Notes: generated from the letters alone by a model not told the origin. DNA of 64,000 nucleotides from an archaeon (GCA_018696395.1 JABHQR010000023.1:15180-79179); one strand, 5' to 3'; numbered from the stretch's first letter, positions 10,258 to 21,466 are shown. Numbers and translations are program-made.

Positions 10258-11451
10258 TTAATAATTAATTACTATGAGATCTGAATTAGCATACAATACA
10301 CCAGCCATTGTATCTTTCATAACTCTCCTTTTAACATCAACTGCCCATTGATTAATCATTCTTCTTTTTTCAGGGATATTATTTCCATAAGCCATTGTTT
10401 CATTAGTATAAACCCTAAACATGTTCTGAATCTTTTCAACATTGAACCAACTTTCTTCATTCTTAAATAAAACTGAATAAGCCTCAACAACAGTAGTGAT
10501 TTCATTATTATTAAGAGAATTCATAACTTTGTGATTATCTCCACAAATAAATAAAGGAAGAATTTTTTCTAAATAAATACCCAAAACATTAACTTTTGAA
10601 TTTAAAAAGTCTAAATTAGGCATATGTTGAACTGCCCAATTTAGCTCATTTCCAGAAACATCATTTCTAACTAACCCTTTTATTTGATTAACAAATTTAG
10701 GGAAATAAATTTCATCCTTATACTCAACTAATAGATCACAAACATTATTGATTCTTGCTGCAGAAACTTTTTTTGATAAAACATCACCTAAACATTCATT
10801 CACAATATTTCTGTGATTATGTTTAGAAAATGTAAGTAAAGTGTCAATTATTTTTTCGTCATGATTAGACCTAAGTAATTCAGGAGGAAATTCCAAATAA
10901 TGTTTAGTCATATAACTATTACATTCTAAAAAGCCCAGATCTAATTCAGAAGTAATTAATTTTTCTTGACGATATATTTGGTAAAGTTTTAAAAGTTTAT
11001 TTACTGCTTTAAAATTAGCTCTTTGAATTATTGAATTTACTAAATTATCATTATAAAGCAAAAAACGATTCACATTTGAATCAAGAAAATTTGTAATTAA
11101 TTCTTTCCTAGAATTATGGTTAATCATCCCATTATAACAAATTTTACTAAGATCTTCGATAATCATTATCCCAAAATTAATTTCATTATCTCCTTCTGGA
11201 GATATTTGGTAAGAAACTTCATACATAAAATTAACCATAGAAATAGAAAGGTCTTTATCTTTATACTCATTGGTGATATCTACTAAATTCATTAATAAAG
11301 ACTTATTGACCCATTTTGGATTTGCAAAAGATTTATTGAAATCAGACAAATCTTCTTTAACATCATCATAACGTCCATCATTTTGAAACAAATTTTTCAA
11401 ACTATTATTAGCTTTTTTTACAAGTTCCCCTAGGGTTTGTTTATCTGACAT
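10258..11451 (-). CDS. Array family member, 397 aa
   Basis: C-terminus 'YGNNIPEKRRMINQWAVDVKRRVMKD'. Confidence 0.7.
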   Translation of the reverse strand: MSDKQTLGELVKKANNSLKNLFQNDGRYDDVKEDLSDFNKSFANPKWVNKSLLMNLVDITNEYKDKDLSISMVNFMYEVSYQISPEGDNEINFGIMIIEDLSKICYNGMINHNSRKELITNFLDSNVNRFLLYNDNLVNSIIQRANFKAVNKLLKLYQIYRQEKLITSELDLGFLECNSYMTKHYLEFPPELLRSNHDEKIIDTLLTFSKHNHRNIVNECLGDVLSKKVSAARINNVCDLLVEYKDEIYFPKFVNQIKGLVRNDVSGNELNWAVQHMPNLDFLNSKVNVLGIYLEKILPLFICGDNHKVMNSLNNNEITTVVEAYSVLFKNEESWFNVEKIQNMFRVYTNETMAYGNNIPEKRRMINQWAVDVKRRVMKDTMAGVLYANSDLIVINY

Positions 11452-12823
11452 TTATCATCTCACTAAAATTAAAATATTCCAACAATCTTCCTGGCTCCTT
11501 AGTTATCGTTCTAATCACATTATTTGCCCAACCAAACATTAATTCTTGTTTTTCTTGTAAAGAATTTAACTGTGCAAGTTCATGATTGTACACATCAAAG
11601 AAAATAGTTTCAATTTTTTCTTTGATAATATCAGGATTTATAGTTTCTGCATAAGGATCATTAAAACAGATAGTAGCATAAGCATTAAGAGAAATTTCGT
11701 AAGCTTCCATCAATTTTTCTTTTTGCTTACAATTTAATGAATTAGAATAATCTTTATTTGAGATTTTTCTATTGATAAGATATTCAAATGCAACATCAAA
11801 AGGAGACTTTTCAAAAATAAAAGTATTAACTTCTTGAAAATATTCTAAAAAAATTTTTTCTTTCTCTTTTAGATTATCTGTTTTTGATAATAAGGCACTA
11901 ACATTTAACATATTAAATCGTTCTATACTGTCGATGAAATACAAATTAAATTCATTTTCAAATGTAGATGAAGAATAAGAGATTTTAATCAAACTGATAT
12001 ATTCTGATAAAATACTGATACAACTTAAAGGCAAAGGACTAGTAAAATAATCTTCGCACACATAATTAGCACTGTTATACTGATAGAGATAATAATTCCT
12101 AAAAGCATTTGGATCTAAATCAGATAAATCAGAATAAGAACTTAACATTTCAGATAATTTAACAACTTGCTTTTCTCTAAAATCAAATACATTAATGATA
12201 TTATCAAATGTTTGTAATACTCTAAAGAAATCATCCCCTTTACTTTTAAATTTTTTAAGTTCCCTAAAAGCTAATTTATACTTAACATTATCCATATCTT
12301 GATTAGACCATAAATTTAGTATTATTAAAGCATTTTCATCGAATTCTTTACAATGACAAAAATCAAAAAATTCTAATAATGTACTTAACTCTCTTTTACC
12401 GGAATAATTTTTAATATAAGCACCTATTGAAGAGGTCATAATTTGCAAATTTGAAACATTTTTCGTCTTAGAATACTTTTCAACAACGTTACAAACCTCA
12501 TCAAATTTGAAATAATCTTTATCTAAACACTTACCAACATCACTTATAAAATTAATCGGAACATGAATGTTATCAACTTTTGACATTGCAATTAAAACTT
12601 CATTAAATCTATTTAACCTTGAACAATTTAACAAAGGCATAGGCCGAATCAAATCACTATGCCAATAAGCATGACCTAACATTGACAATTCTCTGACGTC
12701 ATATTTTTGGATATAAGAATCAACCATTTGATCAAATGTATCTAAGACAGTTTCAAGGTTAGAAAATCCTTTTCTAGAATGTTCAATTTCTTTTCTGATA
12801 TCTTCAAAATTAAACATAACCAT
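11441..12823 (-). CDS. Array family member, 460 aa
   Basis: C-terminus 'ELMFGWANNVIRTITKEPGRLLEYF', a more divergent version of the signature. Confidence 0.6.
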   Translation of the reverse strand: MVMFNFEDIRKEIEHSRKGFSNLETVLDTFDQMVDSYIQKYDVRELSMLGHAYWHSDLIRPMPLLNCSRLNRFNEVLIAMSKVDNIHVPINFISDVGKCLDKDYFKFDEVCNVVEKYSKTKNVSNLQIMTSSIGAYIKNYSGKRELSTLLEFFDFCHCKEFDENALIILNLWSNQDMDNVKYKLAFRELKKFKSKGDDFFRVLQTFDNIINVFDFREKQVVKLSEMLSSYSDLSDLDPNAFRNYYLYQYNSANYVCEDYFTSPLPLSCISILSEYISLIKISYSSSTFENEFNLYFIDSIERFNMLNVSALLSKTDNLKEKEKIFLEYFQEVNTFIFEKSPFDVAFEYLINRKISNKDYSNSLNCKQKEKLMEAYEISLNAYATICFNDPYAETINPDIIKEKIETIFFDVYNHELAQLNSLQEKQELMFGWANNVIRTITKEPGRLLEYFNFSEMINVR

Positions 12824-13949
12824 TCACCACCAAACTATTTTTGTACAGTTGACCATTCATATCAGCAAAATGTATCCCCTTAACTAAACCATCACACCAT
12901 TCCAAAATATCTCTTTTTCTTTGATTAGTATTATCTCCTAAACCTTCAACTTCTCGAAGAAATTCAATAAATTGTCTTTTAGCAGATTTATAACTCCAAC
13001 TTTGTTCAGGAAACCTTTCTCTAGAAAAATTGAAAGCAAAAGTAATTTTGTTAACTTCTCTTAAATTCATTGTATCTGCTAATTCTTGATTCCTGAATCC
13101 ATCACGAATATGATAAAAGTAATCATATACTGAATATGCTAAAAAATCATTTAAGTTGGATTGTTTGATGAGATAATCACAAACTTCCTTACCCAATGAA
13201 GAATGTCGCAGACTCCCAACTAAATATTTATTAAATAAATGATTAATTTCATCAAATTGGTTATTGTCCCTAGTTTTCTTTAATAATTTATTATAATCAC
13301 ATACAAAATTAAGAATATTTTCTCTTGAAAAACTTTTTAAAACTTTATGGACCTCATTATCACCCCCATAATTAGAATAAACTTCAATAATATTATTAAA
13401 AGTAGCATCATTACAATATGAAGAATCAAAAATTATTTTAAAAACTTCTTCCTGATATATTTCTCCATAACTGTTTAGGACATTGGTAATTTCTTTAGAT
13501 GCACACATATTTAATGATTTAATTATTTGTTTTTTGATATGACTAAAATTTCTTATTTTCTCAAGATATTGTAAAGAGCACCTATTTAATTTCTCAACAT
13601 CTTTATGACATAATGTAAATGCCCGAATATGATTTATTATTTCTGGATCATCACCAAACTGAACTTGTGACATCCTAAACACTTCTACCATACCACTAAA
13701 ACCAGAATCAGAGCAGATATAATCTTGTTGAAATGATTTTAAGAATCTTTGATGAGATAAAGAACTAACTGGAACTCTTGTCATGAAATCTTTGGAAGCA
13801 TAGAGAACATTTCTTAAATTATCTTCATTAGATTGTACTTTTTCAATTACTTGATCTAACGAAGTTGTAAGACATTCTTGTTCAAAAGGAGAGTAAGTTA
13901 CTGAGATCAATCTTCTTACTTCTTGTTCCAACACAGATAAAGAACTCAT
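12810..13949 (-). CDS. Array family member, 379 aa
   Basis: C-terminus 'LGDNTNQRKRDILEWCDGLVKGI'. Confidence 0.7.
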   Translation of the reverse strand: MSSLSVLEQEVRRLISVTYSPFEQECLTTSLDQVIEKVQSNEDNLRNVLYASKDFMTRVPVSSLSHQRFLKSFQQDYICSDSGFSGMVEVFRMSQVQFGDDPEIINHIRAFTLCHKDVEKLNRCSLQYLEKIRNFSHIKKQIIKSLNMCASKEITNVLNSYGEIYQEEVFKIIFDSSYCNDATFNNIIEVYSNYGGDNEVHKVLKSFSRENILNFVCDYNKLLKKTRDNNQFDEINHLFNKYLVGSLRHSSLGKEVCDYLIKQSNLNDFLAYSVYDYFYHIRDGFRNQELADTMNLREVNKITFAFNFSRERFPEQSWSYKSAKRQFIEFLREVEGLGDNTNQRKRDILEWCDGLVKGIHFADMNGQLYKNSLVVNGYV

Positions 13950-14920
13950 CTCGCATCACATCCAAACATTAACCTAAGTTCATCATCATAAGCTCCGGAC
14001 TTAATCATACGCTGTACTTCTTTGCACCAGTAAGTCATACTTTCACGTTTCTGTTCTAAGGTTTCTCCGTAAGATATTGCTTCATTTAAATGATGAAAGA
14101 AAATATCATCGCCAGTTCTGATAACATAACTATATGTTGAAAGATCATTTTCAAAGTTATTTCTACAATAATTGATTACAAGATCGTGAGTAGAACTAGT
14201 AATAATCATTTCATCATAATTTAATTTATACTTTAAATCAGGATCATCAATAGAATATTCAAAAGAAATAATAAAATTTTTTAAATTTTCAAAATTATGA
14301 TGTTTTTTAAATTGATTTTCATGTTTAAAATTAGATCTTGGCTGCATAAATCCAGGAAACTTAATTAAGTAACTATTAAATATTTTAAACTCCCTTTCTA
14401 AACTTTTTTCTAAGATATTACAAGATTCTTTAAACATTTCATGATCATGAAAATTTCCCACATAGTTCATTAAATCTTTTAAAACACTAATTCCCTCTTT
14501 TTGATAACATAAATTTCCAAACATATAAATTACTGGTCCAACAAAATTATTAGTTCCAGCTGAAAGGTATGCATCTTTAAAATCATCAAAAACTTCCATG
14601 ATATCATAAGATATTAAATTACTAATTAGATTACCAGCAAATCTCAAATTACATTTTTTACCATTATCGATACAATGAGAATAAAAATAACCCAAATTTG
14701 TCAATTCATTTAAATCTTGATTTTTATCAAGGGATTGATAAAAACTATTAAATACTTCAAAAGGGATAATAATTTTATTTGGATTTTGAATACTTTTAAT
14801 CTTATCAATAAAATGATGATAAGAATCAATAGCTAAACTAAGATCAGAAGATTTTTCTTCTTTGAAAACTTCACGTACAAAATCCTCAAATTCATTAATA
14901 TTTTTTTCTAATAGGCTCAT
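13946..14920 (-). CDS. Array family member, subfamily A (~320 aa)
   Basis: C-terminus 'ISYGETLEQKRESMTYWCKEVQRMIKSGAYDDELRLMFG'. It shares 'KFPGFMQPRSNFK', 'LKYKLNYDEMI' and 'FFHHLNEAIS' with three other ~320-aa members. A strong SD (GGGGGTGAGG) lies upstream and ATGA overlaps the neighbour. Confidence 0.8.
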   Translation of the reverse strand: MSLLEKNINEFEDFVREVFKEEKSSDLSLAIDSYHHFIDKIKSIQNPNKIIIPFEVFNSFYQSLDKNQDLNELTNLGYFYSHCIDNGKKCNLRFAGNLISNLISYDIMEVFDDFKDAYLSAGTNNFVGPVIYMFGNLCYQKEGISVLKDLMNYVGNFHDHEMFKESCNILEKSLEREFKIFNSYLIKFPGFMQPRSNFKHENQFKKHHNFENLKNFIISFEYSIDDPDLKYKLNYDEMIITSSTHDLVINYCRNNFENDLSTYSYVIRTGDDIFFHHLNEAISYGETLEQKRESMTYWCKEVQRMIKSGAYDDELRLMFGCDAR

Positions 14921-15894
14921 TTATCCTCACCCCCTGCTCCAAACATTAATCTAATCTCGTCATCATAAGAACCAGATTTAATCATACGTTTTACCTCTTT
15001 ACACCAGTAAGTCATGCTTTGACGTTTTACATCCAAAGTTTCCCCATAAGAGATAGATTTGTTTAAATTGTTAAAGAAAAGGTCTTCAGCTTCATCATAA
15101 CTATCAATTAAATGTTCACTAAAATGACCATATACCTGTTGAAGATAAACCATAATTAATTCACGAGTTTCTTTAATTAAATTCATTTCCAAGTAAGAGA
15201 CCTTATGCTTCAATTCATAATCTGATATAAATAGTTCAAATTCGTTATAAAATGGAGCTAATTCTTTTAAATTAACTAAATTATTAACATCATCAGATTT
15301 TTTATATAATAAAATTTCAGGAACTTTTGACAAACAACTTGTAAAAAAGTTAGTACTACCACCAAGATAATTTATAGATAAAGACAATTTATTAGCAATT
15401 GGTTCAAAATGATTATGATCATGATAATCAATTATGAAAGAATAATATTGTTTTAATGCTTTTGAATTTCCTACATTAATTAATTTAATTATTATATCTT
15501 CTAAAAGGATATCAGTCCTAATTATATCTTCAATTTCAAAGTAAGATTCGGAAAAATCATCAAAACTTTCTTTTATAAGATTTTTATTTTGAAAAATTCT
15601 TACAAACCTTGAAGCATATGTTAAACTAGTACCCTTATCAACACAAGAATTGTAAAAGTCACATAACTTTAAAATCTCTTCAGAATCTTGGTGTTCTTTT
15701 GCAGATATACGTAAACTCGATACTAACAAATCTAAATTTGAACGTTTATATTCTCGTTCAATTAATTTTTCTGATAAATCACCATAAGATTTTAAAACTT
15801 TGATCAGTTCTAAAGATGAACAATTTTCAAGATGAGAGGTCATGAAATGTTTATTTTCTTCAAGTGCTTTTCCTAAATCCATGAAGTCAGCCAT
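14917..15894 (-). CDS. Array family member, subfamily A
   Basis: C-terminus 'ISYGETLDVKRQSMTYWCKEVKRMIKSGSYDDEIRLMFG'. SD 'AAGAGGA' upstream. Confidence 0.8.
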   Translation of the reverse strand: MADFMDLGKALEENKHFMTSHLENCSSLELIKVLKSYGDLSEKLIEREYKRSNLDLLVSSLRISAKEHQDSEEILKLCDFYNSCVDKGTSLTYASRFVRIFQNKNLIKESFDDFSESYFEIEDIIRTDILLEDIIIKLINVGNSKALKQYYSFIIDYHDHNHFEPIANKLSLSINYLGGSTNFFTSCLSKVPEILLYKKSDDVNNLVNLKELAPFYNEFELFISDYELKHKVSYLEMNLIKETRELIMVYLQQVYGHFSEHLIDSYDEAEDLFFNNLNKSISYGETLDVKRQSMTYWCKEVKRMIKSGSYDDEIRLMFGAGGEDK

Positions 15895-15895
15895 T

Positions 15896-16897
15896 TTAGT
15901 TATATCCTCTTATCATTAATTGTTGCAATAAAAGTCCGTTGGAAGCATCTTTCTTGATTAGTCTCTGCACATCATAACAAAAAGACATGGTATTATTGAT
16001 CTTTGCAGATTCAGTATCACCAATTTCCATCACTTGATTTAAATGTTGAAAAAGAATATCCCTAGCGGGCAAAAATAATTTTGAGAATCTACCTGACGTA
16101 CCTTCTAATAGATCATAAGTTTCCATCATAGTTTTAATTTGTTTCATGTTTAATGAATATTTAAGTTCAGAATCAATGTTATTTTTAATCTTCAAACAGT
16201 AATCCATGAAGGGACAAATATCAACTATTTTAATATTTTCATAATCTCTAGAGTCATAGATTAGAGTAATTAAATTAGAAGTTGCAAAATTTTCTTTAAT
16301 TGTATCATGATAAAGTTTAGCTTCTTTTTCATTTAGTATTTCTAGATCACCTTCCAAAAGCATCGGTAAAAAATCAACACTATCATGAAAATCACCTTCT
16401 TCAATTTTATTTAAGATTAATTTTAATACTGAATATACTTCACCTTTAAATTCAACTGAGTCATATTTTTCTAAAATTAATAGAGTTTTATCAAGATAAT
16501 CCAAATCACTTTCTGGGGTTATATTTTCTAAGGTAATTGCTTGAAGTGGAAGGTTGATATAATATTTTAAATTATCATTAAACCTATTTTTACTAATCAA
16601 ATTATTAATTTTTACAGAAAAATCAGACTCACCCATAGTAAATAAAAATTGATTAATTATAGCAATTTCAGAGGTATATGGGGAATCTTTAAAATTTGTT
16701 AGAACTGATTCTAACCCTTTAAGATAATTAAATATTATATTCCGATCACAATCACCTAAATGTACCACACCATAAAATAATTCACTTTTAATAAAGGTAC
16801 ATTCTGGATAAATTGAAGATAATTTGTGAATAGACGCATAAAACTTCATTATTCCTTCTTCGATCACAGTTTCTAAACTGTTAAAATCTTTTGTCAT
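15896..16897 (-). CDS. Array family member, 333 aa, paralog of 5197..6270
   Basis: C-terminus 'MEIGDTESAKINNTMSFCYDVQRLIKKD'. Confidence 0.75.
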   Translation of the reverse strand: MTKDFNSLETVIEEGIMKFYASIHKLSSIYPECTFIKSELFYGVVHLGDCDRNIIFNYLKGLESVLTNFKDSPYTSEIAIINQFLFTMGESDFSVKINNLISKNRFNDNLKYYINLPLQAITLENITPESDLDYLDKTLLILEKYDSVEFKGEVYSVLKLILNKIEEGDFHDSVDFLPMLLEGDLEILNEKEAKLYHDTIKENFATSNLITLIYDSRDYENIKIVDICPFMDYCLKIKNNIDSELKYSLNMKQIKTMMETYDLLEGTSGRFSKLFLPARDILFQHLNQVMEIGDTESAKINNTMSFCYDVQRLIKKDASNGLLLQQLMIRGYN

Positions 16898-17877
16898 TAA
16901 CCCTTCACCTCAAAAAAATGTTTAAAGAAATAATTATCAAAAGTACCATTAATGACTAATCTTTCAACTTCTCTAAACCATTCAAATAATAATCTTCTTT
17001 GAATATATTGTTCATTACTAAGATCAATCACTTGATTCAAAGACCCATTAAAAATATTTTTGCCTTGATCTTTCCATTCATCTTGTTCATGTAAATATTG
17101 TAATTTATTGAGATTAAGTTGATTAATAACTAAATCATAAGATCTCATAATTTTGTTTACATCTTTAATAGTTAAATATTCTTCAAAATCTTTATTTTCT
17201 ATTGAAGGCATTACATTGAAATAATAAGAAGCGTAAGTATCAGGTTGAAGAGATTTAATTTCTTTCCTAGAAACAACATCTTTAATAATCTTACCCAAAT
17301 CAACTCTAACTTTATAATCAACATTAAATATCTCAATCAATTCTAAAACTTGAAGTTTATTTTTTTCATCTTTACATATCGACAAAGCATTAATTGTTTC
17401 AACCTGATAATTAATATTACCATAAATTCTTCTAAGGGTACTAAGAAATTTATCTTTACAATCATCACCGAAATAATAAGGGGATAAATCATAAACTTGA
17501 TACAAATCATCATGTTTCCAAGATTCATTTAAATTAAGTAATTTAGAAAAACCAAGAAACTCCTTGCTTGATAAAGAATTTAGTTTATTTGATTCTATTA
17601 AAAAGTCACAATATTTAGAAAAATGTTCTAAATTAACTTTTATCACTGGAAATGTAAAATAACCTAAAACACTATCTAAATGATTAGAATCAAAATTTTC
17701 ATCTTCAGTATAAAAATTAATTACTTTCTGGAATTCTTGTAAATAAGGTTTATGTTTACCCCATAACCGACTTATTGGGAATTTTCTTTTAATATCTCTT
17801 TCAATTCTACTTAAATAAGCATCAATAGTACCCCCACCATCAAACTCAGATCTGTCGCGATTATATGTTAATTTCAT
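16897..17877 (-). CDS. Array family member, 326 aa
   Basis: C-terminus 'LSNEQYIQRRLLFEWFREVERLVINGTFD'. Confidence 0.65.
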   Translation of the reverse strand: MKLTYNRDRSEFDGGGTIDAYLSRIERDIKRKFPISRLWGKHKPYLQEFQKVINFYTEDENFDSNHLDSVLGYFTFPVIKVNLEHFSKYCDFLIESNKLNSLSSKEFLGFSKLLNLNESWKHDDLYQVYDLSPYYFGDDCKDKFLSTLRRIYGNINYQVETINALSICKDEKNKLQVLELIEIFNVDYKVRVDLGKIIKDVVSRKEIKSLQPDTYASYYFNVMPSIENKDFEEYLTIKDVNKIMRSYDLVINQLNLNKLQYLHEQDEWKDQGKNIFNGSLNQVIDLSNEQYIQRRLLFEWFREVERLVINGTFDNYFFKHFFEVKG

Positions 17878-17905
17878 TTTTTATTATATTTGATTATTTT
17901 AAAAT

Positions 17906-19195
17906 TCATACCGCCTCTAATGAAAAATATTTCACCAATTCATTATGCTCTTTCCTGGACATCTTAATAACCTCTTCACACCATAAGTTAATTCCATCTT
18001 TTTGTTCAGAGAAAGTATTGTATAAAGAGATTAGTTCATCAAATGCTGCAAAGAATAGTTCAGTGAATTTTTCTTTTCCAAAGTAGCTATCACTTCCTAA
18101 GACTCCTATTGAAACATTATGTGCTTGGACTAAACTATTAATTTCTTTATTAGTTAAAGAATATTTTAAAGGATCAGCGATATGCCCATGAAAATTAGCA
18201 TAAAAATAAGCAAAAGTTTCACCCCTCAAAGTACCATTAATAGAGTTTATATTTTTGTGATTTTCAAGATTTTTAAGACAATCATAAACTTGATATACAG
18301 AATCTCCATACTTTATGAATTGATTTAAAATTTCTACTCTAAAATTATAATTATCTGAATAAAAATGATTATTCAGTTCAGAAATAATACGATAAGTTCC
18401 TCTTCTAGCTTTTGTTTTAGCAATATTATCTAATAAGTTAAAAGTCATACCAAATTTATCAGTGTTGATAGATTTATCAAACAAACTCATTCTTAACCTA
18501 GGATCATAACGTAAATTCAAATCAAAAATAAATAACATATTTACAATTTCAGGGAAATTCCCATGATCTTTATGTTTGTAAATGAAATTAAGATATTTAT
18601 CAAAAACACCTAAATCTTTGGTTGCGTCAGGAGCATGTTCATCAAAGTCTGGATCGTCCTCCCTCTTGTTTTTAATTTCCCATTCACCTAAGTTATAATG
18701 AGAAGCTTTAGTTAAAGAATTAATTATAATTTCAAGAGATTCAGTATCTTTAAAATCAATTGCTACTTGACAAGTTTTAGTAGTATAATCTGAATTTTTT
18801 ATAAAGTGAGCAACTGCATCAATATTTTGAGCTATTCCCTGAATTTCTTTTTTTCCTTTAAATTGATACAAAGTATCAATACAATTAATTATTACATTAA
18901 TATCTTCTTTTCTACAACTAATATAATGAATTGGATTTAAAATACTGCTTAAAATTTTACTAGAATTAGATTCACCATTGTTATAAAAATCAAGTAGTTC
19001 ATTAAGTTGAATTATAGCATTATTAGTTTCATTAATATCATTAACACTATTATTTTCATTAGTTATGTCATTGAATCTTTTAGAAACTTTATTTTTTACC
19101 ATAACCATTTTAGGATAATTTAATTTATCGATTATATCTAACCTCATATTTTCATCCATTGAATCTTCTAATACCATTTTAAACAGCCACCCCAA
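17906..19195 (-). CDS. Array family member, 429 aa
   Basis: C-terminus 'SEQKDGINLWCEEVIKMSRKE'. Confidence 0.65.
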   Translation of the reverse strand: MGWLFKMVLEDSMDENMRLDIIDKLNYPKMVMVKNKVSKRFNDITNENNSVNDINETNNAIIQLNELLDFYNNGESNSSKILSSILNPIHYISCRKEDINVIINCIDTLYQFKGKKEIQGIAQNIDAVAHFIKNSDYTTKTCQVAIDFKDTESLEIIINSLTKASHYNLGEWEIKNKREDDPDFDEHAPDATKDLGVFDKYLNFIYKHKDHGNFPEIVNMLFIFDLNLRYDPRLRMSLFDKSINTDKFGMTFNLLDNIAKTKARRGTYRIISELNNHFYSDNYNFRVEILNQFIKYGDSVYQVYDCLKNLENHKNINSINGTLRGETFAYFYANFHGHIADPLKYSLTNKEINSLVQAHNVSIGVLGSDSYFGKEKFTELFFAAFDELISLYNTFSEQKDGINLWCEEVIKMSRKEHNELVKYFSLEAV

Positions 19196-20516
19196 TTAAT
19201 CTTTGGTTAATTTTCTGCATTTCAGTCATACCATTCCCATAATTTATCTGGTAACTATTTGGATCTTTGATTAATCTGTAAGTGTCAATTGACCAAGCAT
19301 TAATCATCATTACTTTTTCTTTTTGTGTGTTGCCTAAACTTGCTGCAGAATCTAAATAAGCACAGAACTGTTCAGAAAAATCAAAGCCAAACATTCTTGT
19401 TCTTTTACCATTTTTACTTCTTTTTGTGGGAGAAAACATATAATTATAGCTGACTTGATAAGCCTTCACGAGATTATTAATTACTCTAATTGGCAGATTA
19501 TATTCTAAATCTTGATCTTTAAAATTAATATTTTTAATATAAAATTTAATCACATTAGGGTCCCAATTTTCCCAATCATTAACCGCTTGAGATAATTTAA
19601 TTAATTTAAGAATTTCTCTATCTTTATAGTGTTTAATGTTATGGTAATGAAATGCTCTTGCTTTATTTGGTTTATAATTTATGATATTATTTCCTTCAAA
19701 AACATTACAAGTTTGTTTAACAAAATAATCATTTTCAAATGCAATTACACTCCCAATAGCTTTCATAACATCATTTGAAGGAGAATTAAAACAATCAGAA
19801 CTTTCATAAGGAATAACTGTTTTTTTTATTAAATCGTTATTTTTTCTAATTAAAATAAGTCTCTTTTTGAAATCTTCATGAAAATTAAAAGAACGCTTTG
19901 ACAAACCAGAAGATAATTCATTAACTAAAGGAACAAAAGACACAAGATCTTTGAAAGAAAATAATGTTTTGAACAAATCTTTAGCAAGTTTTGGACAAGT
20001 AATTAATTCACTTAATTCTTCAAATGACATACTCAACATATAAAGGATATTATCATGATGATTTAAATCTTTGAAAAGTTCAGTTGCAGGACCAATAAAA
20101 TCAAGATTTAATTCTTTATAATCTTGGTTACCTTGACCAACATATTTAGCCATGCTGAGATAAATGCTAGTTACTGAATGAAGAAAACCAGTAGTTCTAG
20201 AATGAGGATAATTTTCAGATACAAAATCTTTAACCTGATTTTGAGATAAGATATGACATAATGCTTTGAAATCTTCCTTATGTGTGACTCTATTTCTGGA
20301 CCGCTCAAAATGAGATGCAATACAGGTAAGTGGAATATTTGGAATTTGATCAGAATCTAGATTATTAAAATTTGAATATTGAGAAATAACTTCATCATAT
20401 TTTGGTTTTAATTCTCTTCTTAATTTTTTCTTACTAGCAATAGGTACATTAATACGCCTGATTGAATATTTAAAACAATCGTTTAAGAAATCATCCAAAG
20501 AACTCATCTCACACAA
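19179..20516 (-). CDS. Array family member, 445 aa (likely true start at internal ATG 20507 giving ATGA overlap)
   Basis: C-terminus 'LGNTQKEKVMMINAWSIDTYRLIKDPNSY'. Met4 of the track ORF gives a 4-nt ATGA overlap with the upstream stop at 20504. Confidence 0.7.
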   Translation of the reverse strand: MCEMSSLDDFLNDCFKYSIRRINVPIASKKKLRRELKPKYDEVISQYSNFNNLDSDQIPNIPLTCIASHFERSRNRVTHKEDFKALCHILSQNQVKDFVSENYPHSRTTGFLHSVTSIYLSMAKYVGQGNQDYKELNLDFIGPATELFKDLNHHDNILYMLSMSFEELSELITCPKLAKDLFKTLFSFKDLVSFVPLVNELSSGLSKRSFNFHEDFKKRLILIRKNNDLIKKTVIPYESSDCFNSPSNDVMKAIGSVIAFENDYFVKQTCNVFEGNNIINYKPNKARAFHYHNIKHYKDREILKLIKLSQAVNDWENWDPNVIKFYIKNINFKDQDLEYNLPIRVINNLVKAYQVSYNYMFSPTKRSKNGKRTRMFGFDFSEQFCAYLDSAASLGNTQKEKVMMINAWSIDTYRLIKDPNSYQINYGNGMTEMQKINQRLIGVAV

Positions 20517-21466
20517 CCCCCAACAAGTTCAGAAGAACCAAACATCAATCTTAATTCATTATCATAAGCACCTGATTTAATCATACGTTGAACTTCTTTG
20601 CACCAGTAAGTCATACTTTGACGTTTTTCATCTAAAGTTTCTCCACAAGAAATGGCTTGGTTGAGATGTTGGAAAAAAATATCATCAGTAACCGGGTGAT
20701 ATCCTTGAGCATAATTATAAGCAAATTTGTAAGTTAATTCAATTAAAATCATTTCATCGTAGTTTAATTTATATTGTAAATCTTGATCAATAATCCTATT
20801 TTCATAATGTTGTAAAAAATGTTGTAACTGATCAAATGAATGGTGATCAGAATATTCCCCATCATTTTTAAAATTTGACTTTGGTTGCATAAACCCAGGA
20901 TATTTTGAGAGATATGAGGTCATATCATCTTTACTATTCCTTTCATATTTTATTTTAAGATTTTGAATTGAAACATCAAAATATTCATGAGAATGAAAAT
21001 TCTTCAAATAACTGAATAACTTTTTCAATAAAATATCATCTTCTTCTGAGATTAATCTTCTGGTAACATCACCTAGGGAGATACTATTCATTTTATTTTT
21101 AAGTATAGAATTTGTTTCAGCATAATTATCAAACATAGACATCATACTATAATCAGACAAATTATTTACAATATTAATATTTGTTAATACATTATTAGAA
21201 CCAATACCAACACATTCAGAGTAAAAATCACATAACTTAATAAATTCATTAATATCATTATTATTTTTATTACATTTCTTGATAACATTAGTTATATCAA
21301 AATAACGATAAACTCTCTCATCACTATCAGGGTCTGAATCAATAATATCAACAAGATTATAAAAAGAAGATCTGGCTGTTATTTCATCTAACCCTTCTTC
21401 TTTCCAATTTCTTAACATACCAAAGATAGGTAAGTTTGTGAAACTTCCACCCATTTTCATCTCCAA
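20504..21466 (-). CDS. Array family member, subfamily A (true start probably Met3 at 21460)
   Basis: C-terminus 'ISCGETLDEKRQSMTYWCKEVQRMIKSGAYDNELRLMFGSSELVGGCVR'. Also 'KYPGFMQPKSNFK'. Confidence 0.8.
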   Translation of the reverse strand: MEMKMGGSFTNLPIFGMLRNWKEEGLDEITARSSFYNLVDIIDSDPDSDERVYRYFDITNVIKKCNKNNNDINEFIKLCDFYSECVGIGSNNVLTNINIVNNLSDYSMMSMFDNYAETNSILKNKMNSISLGDVTRRLISEEDDILLKKLFSYLKNFHSHEYFDVSIQNLKIKYERNSKDDMTSYLSKYPGFMQPKSNFKNDGEYSDHHSFDQLQHFLQHYENRIIDQDLQYKLNYDEMILIELTYKFAYNYAQGYHPVTDDIFFQHLNQAISCGETLDEKRQSMTYWCKEVQRMIKSGAYDNELRLMFGSSELVGGCVR

